Below are positions 1 through 13,869 of a stretch of 64,000 nt of DNA, piece by piece (the stretch's first letter is position 1; every line of letters starts with the position of its first letter). Origin of the DNA: Mobula hypostoma. Lineage: Eukaryota. The DNA lies in contig NC_086106.1 of the NCBI RefSeq assembly GCF_963921235.1, forward strand, positions 25,110,001 through 25,174,000, given 5' to 3'. The notes below the pieces were generated by a model. The model saw only the letters and a list, made by a program, of their open reading frames with translations. It was not told the DNA's origin and searched no databases. The translations under genes were made by a program, and so were the position numbers.

Positions 1-292
1 TCGGGAAGAGAAAAGTTCTACTTGGTAGATCAAAGCCGTAAGTTGCCTTAACTGTTTACTTAGAATTAACTTGAAGGCATTTTTGCAGCTGACCGACGGA
101 TTTTTCAATAAAAAAAACACAGTAGCAGAAGAAATGTAAGCTTGCAGTATTTTGATGAAAATTTAAAAAGCCATTCTAAATCGAGGGAAATTATTCAGTT
201 CCAGACTGAGTTCAATACACCATTTGATACCTTATTTCATTGGGCCGCTGTCATTTACTGATCCAAATATTTTCCCCGCTTGTTCGTTGTCA

Positions 293-2170
293 TAGATTAG
301 ATTAGATGTAACGTTATCGTCATTGTGCCTAGTACAGAAGCAAAGCCAATGAAATGCAGTTAGCATCTGACCAGAAATGCAAAGAATCGTGTTACTTAGA
401 AAATAACTGCGAATAAAAAGAAAGTGCTACAGCTCACAAATATAAAAGTATTGAGACAGTGCAAAATGGGTGCATTCCTGCTTAGCGCTGTGATGTGAAG
501 TTTACCGGGGGCACAGCCTCAGGGAAGAAGCTCTTCCTGTGCCTGCCGGTGCGGGAGCGGAGGGTCCTGTAGCGCCTACCGGATGGGAGGAGAGTAAAAA
601 ATCCATGGTTAGGGTGAGATGCTTCCATGATAATGCCCTGCCCAGGCAGCGTTTATGGTAAATATGCTCAATGGTGTGCAAATGGGTGCTGATAATCCGC
701 TGGGCAGTTTTCACCACACGCAGGCGTGCTTTGCGGTCCGATACTAGACAATTGCCATATGTTCTCAATGTATGTTCTCAATGGTATGGGGGTAAAAGTC
801 CGTCAGTATCCAGGGGCAGATTTGAGCTTCCTTGATGCTCCGCAGGAAATAAGGCGCTGTTGTGCCTTTTTGATCAGGATGGAGGAGTTCAGGGACCAGC
901 TGAGATCCTCGGAAATGTGGAAACCAAGGAATTTGAAGCTTGATACACGCTCCACTACAGATCCGATGGGGAGGTGAGTGTGGCTCCTAGCATGCCTGAA
1001 GTCCACAATGATCTCCTTAGTCTTCTGGGTGTTGAGGGCCAGGATGTTGTCGGCACACTACGCAGCCAGTTGCCGGAACTTGTCCCTGTAGGCCGTCTCG
1101 GCATCCTCTCTGATCAGGGCAATCAACGTGGCGTCTTCTGCGAACTAGATTATGGAGTTAGGACCATGTACAAGAACGCAGTCATTGGGGAAAAGGCAGT
1201 ACAGATGAGGGCTCAGCACATAGCCTTGAAGCACGCCAGTGTTCAAGGTGAGAGTGGAGGAGGAGAGGTTGTCTAATTTAACTGATTGGGGTCTGTTAAT
1301 TGGAAAGTCCATGGTCCAGTTACAGAGGGATGAGTTGATACGATGCTGGCAAAGTTTGGCCATCAGCTTGGAGGGGATCACAGTATTGAATGCAGAACTA
1401 AAGTCAATAAACAGCATTCTGACGCAGGAGTCGTGGCTTTCCAGGTGCGTGAGGACAGAGTGAAAAGCTTTGGAGATAGCGTCCTCTGTAGACCTGTTGT
1501 GCAATAGGCAAATTGATGGGGGTCCAGGGTAATCGGTAGACAGCATTTCAGATGTGATATAACCAGTCTGTCAAATAACTTTTCAATGATGAGGGTGAGT
1601 GCAACTGGACGGAAGTCATTCAGGCCTGTGGCAATGCAATGCTTTCGGCACTGGCACGATGGTGACGATCCTGAAGCTTGTAGGGACAACTGCCTGGGAC
1701 AGGAACAGATTAAAATGTCCATGAAGACCCCGGCCAGCTGGCCTGAACAGACTCTGAGCTCATGGCCAGGTTTTCCATCCGAACCAGTTGCCTTCCGTAC
1801 GTTCACCCTGCTCAGTGTGGCGCAAACTTAGAAGGTGGAAAGTCAGAGAGGCAGTTCTCCAAGTGGGAGATCCGCTTTGAAGGTGACCTCCTTCTTTTGT
1901 CGATCAAAGCGTAGAAGTAATTGAGCTCATCAGGGAGGGAAGTAGAGCTGGACGGGGCTCAGTACTAGGTGGTTTGAAGTCTGTAATGATCTGTATGCCA
2001 TGCCACATGCGCCGGGTGTCCGAGGACTTGAAATGTTCCTCGATTTTCTGTTTATATATGTGTTTAGCCTGAGAGATTCCCCTCCTCAGGTTGGCCCTTT
2101 CTGAGCTGTAAGCCTCCCGGTCTCCAGACCTGAGGACTGATTCTGATGGTGATATATGATGGAATACTGA
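293..2170 (-). mobile_element. Rex1/Babar(L2-group)-like non-LTR retrotransposon, 5'-truncated and frameshifted
   Basis: Minus-strand ORF fragments carry RT motifs (KATGSDGKPG..CSGQLAGVFMDI; [17 protein letters not shown]; TLNTGVLQGYVLSP). A (TTAGA)n tail sits at ~293-306. Confidence 0.85.
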
Positions 2171-2755
2171 CAAGCCTTAACTTTATCCACATATTAAACG
2201 TGTTTTCCTGTTGTTGAGAGTTCTTGGGATAGAATGCTTCAGCAAAACAGAAAATGAAACAGTCACGAGGCACACTTCAGAAGTTCCTTATTTTTCATTT
2301 TCCAGGTCTGTCTGAAATTATTTCCTTCGTGAAAAGGTTACATGCTACCTGTGTATTAAAGTTGCGCCATCATTATCCATTGGAGTCATTATAGGAGAGA
2401 AAGCAACAAGTATTTCTGAGAAAGCATTCTCGAATGCCCGATTAATATTAGATTAAGTTCATTTTATTAGATAATCCACTGTTTATGCTGCAAAACTTGT
2501 TAAGACTTATTTTTCATACTCGGGTGTCCGTCACATTGTGGCACTCGCTCTGCATATTACAATGGATTGTAACAGATTGGAACAGATTATCGGGAATATG
2601 ATGGAGAGCATGAACTATTCTTCGCACTGCACAGATGCTGTCTGACCTTGCGGATGTTTGTTTCAACTTCTCTTTCCTTTGTGATACTGAGGACACGGTA
2701 TGTTGTTTTTGCAAGAGGTTTGCATTGAAGTCTATAGCGCCAGTAACTTTGAACG

Positions 2756-3400
2756 AAGACTCCAGCCTCCTGTTTCGGCTCAAAATTCCGGCCAAGCCTC
2801 AAGACTGAAGACTGGTGCTTCCTGCCTAGCCTCAAGCCTAAAGACTCCAGCCTCCAGCCTCGCCTCAAGTCTCCTGCCTACAGCCTCCAGCCTCCCTTCG
2901 CCTCAAGTCTGTAGCCTCCTGCCAAGCATCGCCTCAAGTCTCTAGCCTACTGCCAAGCCTCGCCTCAAGTCTCTCGCCTCCTGTCAAGCCTCGACACAGA
3001 TTCTCTTCCTCCTGCCAAGAATCCTCTCAAGTCTCCTGCCTCCTGCCAAGCCTTACTGCAAGTCTCCTGCCTCCTGCAAAACCTCGTCTAAAGTATCTCG
3101 CATCCAGCCAAGCCTCGTCTCAAGTCTCTAAGACTCCAGCCTCGTCATGCCTGTCAGTCAAACCTCGTCCTGGCCTAGTTCTGGGGCCCGAGCCAGAGGC
3201 AAGACCCAGGTACTGGGTCCCTGTCTAGTCTCTGGCTCGGAGTCCAAGCCCGGTCTCCTAGCTCTTTTGCCCAATCCTGTTCCGGGTTCCCGGTTTTCCT
3301 ATTTATGTCCTTGCCATCGTCCTGTATCCTTGTCCTGTACCTAGTACTTCAGCATCTGTGTCTTGCACTTGAGTCCGTTCCCAGCCACCGCTTTATGACA
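2756..3400. mobile_element. Probable LTR fragment containing a minisatellite
   Basis: Absent from the paralogous block, where homology breaks after GAACG (2755 vs 54732). It ends in ...TTATGACA, an LTR-like CA terminus. No 5' TG end was seen. Confidence 0.4.
2914..3130 (+). repeat. Minisatellite, 7 x 31 bp (consensus ~GCCTCCTGCCAAGCCTCGCCTCAAGTCTCTN)
   Basis: Units start at 2914, 2945, 2976, 3007, 3038, 3069 and 3100, an exact 31-nt period. Confidence 0.9.
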
Positions 3401-4593
3401 GGAAGGGCATGTTTGACAAATTTTATTGAATTTTTTGAAGAGGTTACTAGGAAACTTGACGAGGGTAAAGTGGTGCATGTTGTCTATATGGACTTCAGTA
3501 AGACCTTTGACAAGGTTCCACACGGCAGGTTATTTAGGACCGTTCTATCTTTGGGTATCAGTATTGAATTAACAAAATGGATTCAGCAGTGGCTGGATGG
3601 GAGACTCCAGATATTCGTGGTGGACAGTCATGATCTGGATAATGGGGTGGTAAATTGGATTAGTAAATATGCAGATGCTACTAAGATATGTGGAGTTGTG
3701 GATAATGAAGTAGGTTTTCAAAACAGGCAGATTGATTTAGCCTAGCTAGAAGAGTGGGCTGAAAGATGCCAGATGCAGTTTAATGCTGATAGATCTGAGG
3801 TGCTAAATTTTGGTAGGACTGCTAAAAATAGGATATATATGTCAAATGGTAGGGTATTGAAGAATGCAGTGGAACAGAGGGATCTAAGAATAATAGTGCA
3901 TAGTTCCCTGAAGTTGGAGTCTCATGTGGGTAGGGTGGTGAAGAAAGCTTTTGGTATACTAGCCTTTATAAATCCGAGCAGTGAGTATAGGAGTTGGGAT
4001 GTAATGCTGACATTGTATAAGGCATTGGTCAGGCCAAACTTGAAGTATTGTGTACAGTTTTGGTCACCGATTTATAGGAAAGATGTCAACAAAATTGGGA
4101 GAGTACAGGGAAGATTTACCAGAATGTTACGTGGGTTTCATCTCCTAACTTATAGAGAAAGGTTGAATAAGTTGGGTCTTCACTCTTTGGAGAATATAAC
4201 GTTAAGCGGGGACTTGATAGAGGTATTTTAAAAGCATGAGTGGGTAAGATAGAGTTGACGTGGATAGTTGTTTTGTTTCGATTGAGAGTGGGGGAGATTC
4301 AAACAAGAGGATATGAGTTGAGAGTTAAACGGCAACAGGTTAAGAGTAACATGAGGGGTAACTTCTTTACTCAGAGACTGGTAGCTGTGTGGAAAAAGCT
4401 TCCAGCAGAAGTGGTTGGGACAGATTCGATGTTGTCATTTAAAGTTAAATTGGATAGCGATATGGATAGGAAATGACTGCAGGGTGATGGGGTGAGTACA
4501 GGTCGGTGGGACTAGGTGAAAGTAAGAGTTCGGTACGGACCAGAAGAGCCGAGATGGCCTGTTTCCGCGCTGTAATTGTTATATGGTTATATG
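3401..4593 (+). mobile_element. CR1 LINE 3' fragment (RT, degenerate)
   Basis: ORF fragments GRACLTNFIEFFEEVT..VYMDFSKTFDKVPH, ISKYADATK and LYKALVRPNLKYCVQFW. A (TTATATGG)-like tail is at ~4575-4593. Confidence 0.9.
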
Positions 4594-4739
4594 GCTAATA
4601 ATTAGCTGACACTTACACATTCACAAGCGCAATTGCTGTATCTACCGCGCGGCACAATCAATTGAAAAATGGAGATAACAGAGATTAGAGCTGACATTTC
4701 AAAGTTTAAATCAAATGTATTATCAAATTACACACGTGT

Positions 4740-5570
4740 CAGTTTTCTTATTTGAGTCATCAGTGCATTGCAATGCATAACAATTATGATGCATTACAAT
4801 AAAAAGTGCACATATAATTAACAAAAAATAGCAGTGTAAAAAGTGAGGGGGGAGATACTAAGGGACTGTATTGGGCTCATGGTCTACACGAATATCTGAC
4901 GGCAGCGGGGAAACAACTCTTCCTGACAAGTTAAATGTGAGGACAAATCTTCGGTGATCGTGGTTGGGGTGGAGACTTCTGTGATTCATGCGGTCCTTTC
5001 GAAGTATCGCCTTTTGAAGGTATCCTGGATGCCTGGGAGCGTTGTGTCAATGATGAAGCTGGCTGTGTTTAAAATGTTCTGCCGTTTGTTCCTGTGCAGT
5101 CGCCCACCATCCCAGACGCAGATGCAACCAGTTATAATGCTGCCCACTGTTTATCTCTGGAAATTACCGTTAGTATTAGATGAAAACCAATTCTCAAGTT
5201 GCATGTGACATTCCGCCGCTGTAATGCCTTCTTTGTAATTGTGCCCAGTATAAATTCACAGTACTGTCAATAGTCACGCATTTGAAATTGCTCACGCTTT
5301 CAATTCAGATCCCCGATAACGTTTGGTTTGTCTTCCATCCGCTTCCATTCCTGAATTTCAAAATAAATTTTGGTCTTACTAAGACTACAGTCGAGTAGGT
5401 GATCTCTATAACTGCCATAAGCCTCTTCGTGTCACTATCTGAAATTATGCAAAACAATATTATGTCGTCGTGAAATTTATCGATGGCGTTAGAGTTGTGC
5501 CAAGCCACAGTATCGTACTTGTAGCAAGGGTCGAGAATTGAGTATGGTTGAAGTGCGGCAATGTTGCTCG
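4740..5570 (-). mobile_element. Decayed Rex1/L2-like LINE fragment
   Basis: ORF 5305-5577 (HNSNAIDKFHDDIILF) resembles the H.SN.I.KFADDTT motif of this family. Confidence 0.5.
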
Positions 5571-6035
5571 TCAGCAAGGATGAGATGCATGTTATTTACA
5601 GTTCGTACACCAGGTGGGCTCCCAGTTAGGAGATCTAATCCAGTTGCAGGAGGAGGTATAGACTCCCAGGTTTTGAGCGTGCTGATTTAAGCTGAGTTCT
5701 GCTGATGGCTTCGGGAAAGGCATCCCAATACTGATTTTTTAAATACAAAATTAATTGTCAATCGGAAGTCTCCAAGTATACGTTGAAAAGTTGACACAGC
5801 TGATTGTTATTATTCCCTAGCTATTTGTGTCTTATTTTCATTTGCGACAGAGTTGTGGTGGCAATCATGAAACTTTCAAGAAATATGTCTTCATTTGCCT
5901 AATTTAGAGACATTTGACAATGTAGCAGTTAATGAATGCATCATTTCAATTTTACATGTTTGAAATTTCTATACAGATATGGCTGTTTATCAGCAGAACT
6001 CATATCTTGAATGTGTTGATGCCTGGATTTTTGTA

Positions 6036-6419
6036 TTAGGTTTTTAGTAACTCTAGCCGTGGATATTCATGTCTACCGTGAAGAAACATAAATACCTGCT
6101 GCAGCTCTTCTATTTCCGCCTTTGCATCATAGTTGAATTGGGTAATATATTTACGCAAAGATAAGCAGAATGCTGTATAACAGCAGAGCTCGAGCTCGTT
6201 TAGTGGGCTCTTGTACTTCTTCGTGTGCAGGTTCAATCTAACAAATATCTGAGAAGAAGATAGAGAATATAAATTCTCCCGCATTCCATGGTGTGCAAGA
6301 TAAGATGGCGCACTGGAAAAGCACGTCCCATCGATTGCCCAGTAAGCAGTGTCTACAAACACTCGGAGGCACTGGAAGCAACTGCACAAAATAAACTCTG
6401 GACTTTCTTTAAGTTTCAT
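6036..6419 (-). mobile_element. Possible MULE/Mutator-type transposase remnant
   Basis: The ORF contains WAIDGTCFSSAP, resembling the first catalytic DGTF..AP motif. It later has KKYKSPLNEL...YDAKAEIEELQQVF, resembling the D.E.A.I.A...VF region. Confidence 0.4.
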
Positions 6420-8755
6420 AGACGACTACACAAATAATAAACGCAATCATCTTCTCAATATATTCTTAAGTTATTCAGAGAAAAGCTACATTCGCAGCCA
6501 CTAATGGGAGACGAAGAAATATTGCGTGCCAGAAGTTTTAGCTCGTGTCTGATCTCTGCTATATTCTGCCTGAAATCGACCAAAGATGATTACTGATTGA
6601 CATTATCTCCTTTGTGGCATAGTTAATTCTTAACACTGCCGTTCATATTTCTGGCATCGTCTGACTCAACGTGTAAGCGCAGTTTGATGATAGTTTTCTC
6701 CAAGACGCCCTTCAACTTCATCAACATCGGTCACCGCCGAGCCTCACTTTGCAAATAAGGTTGACATACAAAGAATTTGATCCACTTTTTACATACCTTG
6801 ACCAGTTGCGAGCTGACCTTCGAATCCTGCACCACGTTTGAGAGCCTTTTTGTTCGTGTGTCACAGTTTTGATACTATTGGATGTCTCTTGTGGTTGGTT
6901 GCTTCAGACAGAGTTTGTTGTATTTTTAATCCGACTGTCACTTTCCATTGTATGATTACACAATTACAGAGCCGGGGAATGTTTCTGTGAAGGTTAATTT
7001 CTCCTCGGTAACTTGTTTTTCACTGTGATAATCGACACTAATCTAAAACACTACTTTGATACCGGAAGCTAGGCAAGAATTGTACTGCAATATTCGAACA
7101 CACTCCAGCTACCCTGCAACGACGCTTATTAAATTTAAGGTTGCAGTTTGTTCGATGTGCTGATTGTGATTTATTATTTATTTTACTCTTACACTGGGGT
7201 CATCAAAACGCTGTGGTACAGTTGCTCTGAAAAACAACCTTCCAAATAAAAAAAAAGAATGATTTCAATGTAACTAATCAAGGAAGTCCTGTTCATCCAG
7301 ATATGTTCCGGAACAGAAAAGAACGACAAAAATTGTTAGGGATTCCAATAGAGAATGTGAATCTCAATGCTACGGAACAGACCAATGGTATGACATAACA
7401 GCAAAATATACATAACCATCCTTCGACCGACAATGTATCACAATATATTTTGCACTGAACAAGAATTCGCTCTCAACATTCCACGCTCTCTATAGAGGGC
7501 GAACTCATCAAAATACATATTGCTGGCAAGGCACTGTGAAAACAAACCCTAACGAATGTCTGAAGGCTTAATTGAATGGTTTTAAAATATCGAGTGGTCA
7601 GCACGAAAGCAATGGCATTCTATTATATATATTTTATTTATGTTTTTGAATTTTGTTCTTTTTTGACTATGCTCACACTAAAATTTGATTACAGTACTCC
7701 TGTGGTGTTTAACATCACGGAACATTCAGCCTCAAACATTGCGTTACCACAGTGTTCAATACCAATAGATGAAATTTTGAAGGGGGTGACTGAATATTGG
7801 CGAAAGACGTGTTCATATTATGATCAGACAAAACTTCCCATCAATATCAGAAAGATGCCACCGGAACGTGATCTGACACAGCAAACATAATATCGCTGCG
7901 GATTTCAGTCAACGACTTGCAAACACACTTCTGATATATTTTATAAACATAATGACTCTCACATCGATCTCTCACTATACATCTTTCCGCACATACACTC
8001 GTAAAATTTGTCACCCTTGCTCATTGTTTCCCAGTCTCCTCCGTGTTCCCTTCTCGGTATGATGCTTTCACTAAAAGCGAAAGTTCATCTGAGATGTCAT
8101 CATTCTGTAAAGTACAGGAGTTCCCTTTCTCATATATTGATATTTCCCTCGCACTCATCCACTCCATTTTGCATCTACTCATCGCCCTGAGAGGGATAAA
8201 TTTCCCATTGTACTTACGAGACACAAACAGCACATCACTCCACGGAACTTCTGCTATTGTCCACAAATATATTTATAAGCACAACTTTCTCTCAACCTTT
8301 GCAATTTGTTCTGCTTTCTACAGGGATCACTCTCTCTGTGAGTCTACTGTGATGCGTATCTGCATACTGGTCTCGATGCAGTCACTTATCTCTACCAATG
8401 GAATATCTGATGAAATTGCCCATTCACCTCCTTACTTACCACCAATCAGGGTCATGAAACAGTCTTTCCAGATGATTCAGTAGTTTATCTCCCTGTCTTT
8501 CGTGGGAACCTTTTTTTTTTTCTGACGCTCCAGGCGCGGCCTAGTCTGATGCAATGAAATCCAGCTAGGTTGGTAAGCTTCGTCGTGCATCTTCGCTCTG
8601 TCCCTAAAACAATTTCAAAGTTCAAAGAAAATTTACTAGCAACGTATAAGCATGTCTCCATAATATACCGTCAGATCATTTTCTTTTACGCATGCTGTGG
8701 GAATTCATCAACTGAAATAAAGTAACTGAAATATGTCACTTAATCGTGAAGATAA

Positions 8756-8944
8756 NNNNNNNNNNNNNNNNNNNNNNNNNNNNNNNNNNNNNNNNNNNNN
8801 NNNNNNNNNNNNNNNNNNNNNNNNNNNNNNNNNNNNNNNNNNNNNNNNNNNNNNNNNNNNNNNNNNNNNNNNNNNNNNNNNNNNNNNNNNNNNNNNNNNN
8901 NNNNNNNNNNNNNNNNNNNNNNNNNNNNNNNNNNNNNNNNNNNN
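8756..8944. other. Assembly gap (189 N)
   Basis: Run of N. Contiguity across it is not guaranteed. Confidence 1.
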
Positions 8945-9084
8945 AAGAGGAGGAATACGTATCGAGGACATGAAATGAATAAATCCTTAAAAATCAGTCG
9001 ATAGCTTGGAGGAACAGTTAAGTGATGGCCAAGTTATACCTCTCTGGCTTAGCAGCCTGATGTTTGAGAGGCAAGACATTTTCC

Positions 9085-9510
9085 TTATCCTGGAAACATA
9101 AGTTCTGAGCCACATTTACTTTCTACTCGATGGCGAATCGAATAGGGTGCATCACCTTGGTGGTGGGGGTCCCTGATGATGGATGCTGCTGTCTTGCGAC
9201 AACGATATGTGTATCTATGCTCAATAATGTCGAATGCTTTACTGAAGACTGACTTGGGTCTTTGAAGTACCGTTTGTAGGAAGTTCGGTTGAAAGGCATT
9301 TGCTGTTTCCATATAATTCCCTGATGAAGCCTGTCAAAATTATCTTAAGTAGAAGTTTGTTCATGTCAGATCCTATCTCCTCAAACTGAAGGAAGGAGAG
9401 CCGCTGTTTCCGAGGGGCAAGAAATTTAAAGTTGCTGATACTCACTACGTCTGACTCCCCTGGTATGTTCTGGTACATGTACCTCTGTTTTCCTCCACCT
9501 GAAATCAATA
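9085..9510 (-). mobile_element. Rex1/L2-like LINE 3' fragment
   Basis: KTAASIIRDPHHQG motif typical of the ORF2 C-terminus of this family; ISNFKFL upstream. Confidence 0.55.
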
Positions 9511-12378
9511 TTCAGCTCCTTGGTCCAATTGGCATTGAATAGCATAGTATTGTCGTGACGCCATTCAGATTTCAATCTCACTCCGCTCTACGTATTCGTT
9601 AAACTCTTGATTCGACAAAAGATATCGTCAGCAAATGTAAATATAGCACTTTAACTAACGTTAGTCACATAGTCAGAAGTATAACGTGAGTACAGTAGGG
9701 GGGGGCAAATCGCACAGACATGTGGTGCAACTGTGCTGATGGAGATTGTGTGTGAGATATTGTTGCTAATCCTAACTGACTGCGTCTGCATGTGCGGAAA
9801 TCGAGAAACCAAATACACAAGGAAGAACTAAGGCCTTGAAACGTTTTAAAAACGTTTTGATTAGTTCTGAGGAGATAAAAATACTGAATACCCGGCATAT
9901 GCTTAAATGAATTATATTAATGCCTTTTAACTTAACTAATTGGTTAGTAAAGAAAAACAACAAGAAAGGGCACATTTTAGTTAAACTGTCAAATTTTCAC
10001 AGGTCGGAACTCAGCGTTTCTCCATATTCAGCAATCCTCAATCGATCATCGCTCCTGACATCATCGAATCACGGTCCCTCACCGGGTGGAATCATACGAC
10101 CTGTTCTCTCCAGAGTCTTCTCTCTTCATCCCGCGCCGAACTAAGGCCCCAGGCCCAATGTTATTGCCCCTCTCTAGATAAACATCCTCTCAGTTCTATC
10201 ATCCTAACTGGATGCAACAGATTCATTTTCTTCGCTTATCATCACCGATAACTCAAACGTGCTGAAAGCAGAACAGATTGCTCTTACCACGGCATCATAC
10301 TGTCCCCCCTCTGCCCCAAAAAACTCAAGTCTTCATAACTTCGAAATTATTTGTCATGTCATCATTAATAACACCGTTTTCAAAGGAATTTTGAAAATGG
10401 TCAAAATCTCCAACCCATTTGTAAATGTACTGACATATCTTTCTGTTAGAATAGTTGTAACACTTTGCGCGGGGCTACAAAGGCTAGACTATCTGGGGGT
10501 CTTCTGACAGTTTGAGATGTCCTTATTCCATCATCACCTTCTTTAGTTTCAGAAAATCTTGGGGGTACCACGAGTCTACCTGGCGAGGCTTCCCCCGATA
10601 AATTACTTGCGCCTTCTGGCAACTCCGACCGCTCAGCCACTTGGCTGAGCTCAGCTTCAGTTCCAGTTATCGTCAGAGCCCAGCTCGACTGCACGGTGCA
10701 GCTGCAGACCTGACTGACAGGTTTTGATACACACTACTTCAACTGTCTCGGCGTGTGAAGAGTTGGAACTCTTTTCCTAATTTATTTGGGAGTTATCAGA
10801 AGGCAGCATGTACTACACCGTCATTTCCTCATCATTCGAGTCCGCATCGCATTTTGTGGGTGTGGAGAGGGCGGTGTAATCGTTTTGCTGTTGGGTCTTC
10901 AGTCTCCCGACGTCGCCACAGAGGCCACTTACTAGCTGAAAGGTCCAAATCAGACTTTGGGTCAACGCGGATCTCTTGTCTTACCTCTTCACATTTCACA
11001 TCACATCTCAGTCGAAAAGACTCCGAAGAGCTAAAATAATATTTGCTACCTTTTCTTTTTGTCATACTAACTTTTGTCGCCGAGGGAGGGTGACTGCACA
11101 GAAGCTGATTTGTAGGGTGAATCACTGTAGAATAGGTCTTCTCGAACCTCCGATAGTATCGCAGAGTCCAAGAAAGACGCCTGGGCGCTCACAGTCTGGG
11201 CCCCTGGCTAGATTGCTAACACCTCTATCTTAGGTGGATCCATATCTACTCCATGCGAGGGACTAAGTGACCCAATGAGTTGGCAGACTTAACAGGTAAA
11301 CGTTGAGAACTGCAAATTCAAGTGAACTATCCATTAAAATGAAATTGCTATTATCAAGGTTATGCAGCTAGGAGGGAAGTGATAAGTTTTATTCATGCTG
11401 CCGAGTGTAATATGTCGTTCTTTGCTGTGATGCAGTAGAGGAAGATAGGAAAAAAGGCAGCCAAATAAGCATTATATCAACAGAATGCGTTGTGCTTAGA
11501 AGCCTCCATATCCCTGATTTTAGCGAGGGCTGAGAGAACTGGATAGATGGCATAGCTTGATATGCTAATACTACACTTAGAGGAATCACAGAATACGTTC
11601 CTCAGGAATTAGTCCTTTTTTACCATGTAAGTTTCTCAGTTATATTCACAGAGTAGTCAAACAAAACTATCGAAATAATTTTGGTTTACTGTTGGCAGAC
11701 GGGGGTGTTAGTGTGAAGAAGATGCAAACTGCAGACCTGAGCTGGTCAGTCACTCAGAGCTAGTTTAGAAGCCTGAAGTGATCGTATTCACTTTCAACGA
11801 CTGTCAGATTTGTAAATACTTACTAGGAATGAAATTGAGCTTCAGTTTTCTGCTTATTTCATGGCATTATTTGGAACGTAGCAGCTCCATAATATGGGGG
11901 AATTATTCACTCAGACGAATGTTTGTCAGTACACAGACAATGAGGCTGAAATGCCAACTATTATGTCAAGGAACCTGAGAACAGAAAACAACTGGAAATC
12001 ACCGAAACTAACTACTTGTTTCTTAAAGATTACAGAGCTTCCTGTTCCGTTCCGCTCAATCTATGTAACTTCATAAGTACTGATTTATATGTATGAATTT
12101 ACACAACATAAGTACACAATATAAACGCCAGAACCTGATTACTATGTAATGTTTTCAAGGTCCATACTGTGCACAAGGGTTGCTGCCGACACTGAGCGTT
12201 TCAAGCAAATATTTGCTGGTGTTGAAGTAAAACTTGAACTATCTTCAATGAACTGGTTGCTTGTTAGTTCCACGTTTATATATTAAAAAAAATCAATAAT
12301 GATCAACCGCAACTGAAGAAACTGCACCGCAAAGCCAGCAGAAACTGAAATGTATTTTATTTCTTCCTTCGGGATCAT

Positions 12379-12747
12379 TTTGCGACAGGCTTTATATTTC
12401 AAATTTCCTTTTAGATTAAAAATTCTATATTTTTGTACGTCTTGAATGTTGAGCATCGATTTCCTAATATGAACAGAGAGATGCAATGAGAACATTGTCT
12501 TCTGAAGTATCATTTTTAAAATTTCAGTAAAGGACCACAAAATACCAGATACACCATATTATTCAGTAGGAGTGTGCTGCCTCAGAGGGTACAAGTCTTG
12601 AAATGTACAGCTCGCCTGATTGGAAGTGACAGTAACTGTCGATTTAAGAAACGCCTTGGAATTTTCCTGCATCGTCTCCCCCTCCAAGGGCAGTTTAGCC
12701 GTTTTTTGCAGTGACATTATTAGACGCAGTATCTGCTGAATTGTTTT
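12379..12747 (+). repeat. Dispersed duplicated block A, copy 1 (paralog at 46501-46869), identity unknown
   Basis: Colinear match by eye from TTTGCGACAGGC to CTGCTGAATTGTTTT. Confidence 0.85.
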
Positions 12748-12761
12748 GATAGGACGCAGAA

Positions 12762-13570
12762 GTGGGCTGAGAAGTGGCAAATGGAGTTCAACCCGGAGAA
12801 GTGTGAGGTGGTACACTTTGGAAGGACAAACTCCAGGGAAGAGTACAAAGTAAATCGGAGGATAATTGGTAGAGTGGAGGGGCAGAGGGGTCTAGGGGTA
12901 CAAGTCCATAGAACCCTGAAAGTAGCCTCACAGGTAGATCGGGTAGTTAAGTGAGCTTATGGGTGTTAGTTTTCATAAGTCAAGGGATAGAGTTTAAGAG
13001 TAGCATTAGGGTCGCATTAATGCAGGTCTATAAATCTCTTGTTCGGCCACACTTGGAGTACTGTGTCCAGTTCTGTTCGCCTCACTATTGGAAGGATGTG
13101 GAAGTATTGGAAAGGGTACAGAGGAGATTACCAGGATGCTGCCTGGTTTAGAGAATATGCATTATGATCAGAGATTAATGAAGCTAGGACATTATTTTTT
13201 GTTGAAAAGGAGGATGGCAGGAGACAGGATAGAGGCGTACAGTTATTAAGAAGAATAAATAGAGTGGACAGCAAGCGCCTCTTCCCCGGGGACCACTGTA
13301 GAGAACAAAAAGATATGCCTTTAAGGTAAGGGGTGGAAAGCTCAAGGGGTATATTAGAAGAAGGTTTTTTTTACTCAGAGAGTGGTTGGTGCGTGGAATG
13401 CACTGCCTGATTCAGTGGTGGAAGGCAGATACACCAGTGAAATTTAAGAGGCTGCCGGACAGGTATATGGAGGAATCTAATGTGCGAGGTAGGGTTTAAG
13501 TGTCGGCACAACATTGTGGGCCGAAGGGCCTGTAGTGTGCTGTACTATTCTATAGTCTATGTTCTATGTT
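12762..13570 (+). mobile_element. CR1 LINE 3' fragment
   Basis: WAEKWQMEFN and [15 protein letters not shown] motifs, with a CTATG-type tail. Confidence 0.85.
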
Positions 13571-13869
13571 CCAAACATAACCACGGAGCTCTTGAACTCC
13601 ATCCTGTGATTTCCGAATCTCAACAAAACCGTAACTCCGTCAACAATTCTTTGGAGCTGCTAAATATACTCCTATATACTCTATGCTGAGCCGGCAGGGA
13701 ACCAGCTGAGAGCTGAGAGGTCCTCTGCAGGGTAGATAAATCACTGTATTGATCACAAATTCTGGTTTGCTGAAAGATCGGTGCTTCGTTGTCGACTGAA
13801 GAAGTCGGAATTATCTGGCAGCCATGCAGAAAAACTCACTGTAACAATATCGAAAAGCCAATCGTCGGA

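Noticed and set aside
8021-8483. Overlapping ORFs with weak resemblance to a Gypsy integrase (SRKY..FIPL)
   Set aside because: The motifs are too degenerate to support a call without a search.
8708-8978. ORFs spanning the N run
   Set aside because: Artefacts of translating the assembly gap.
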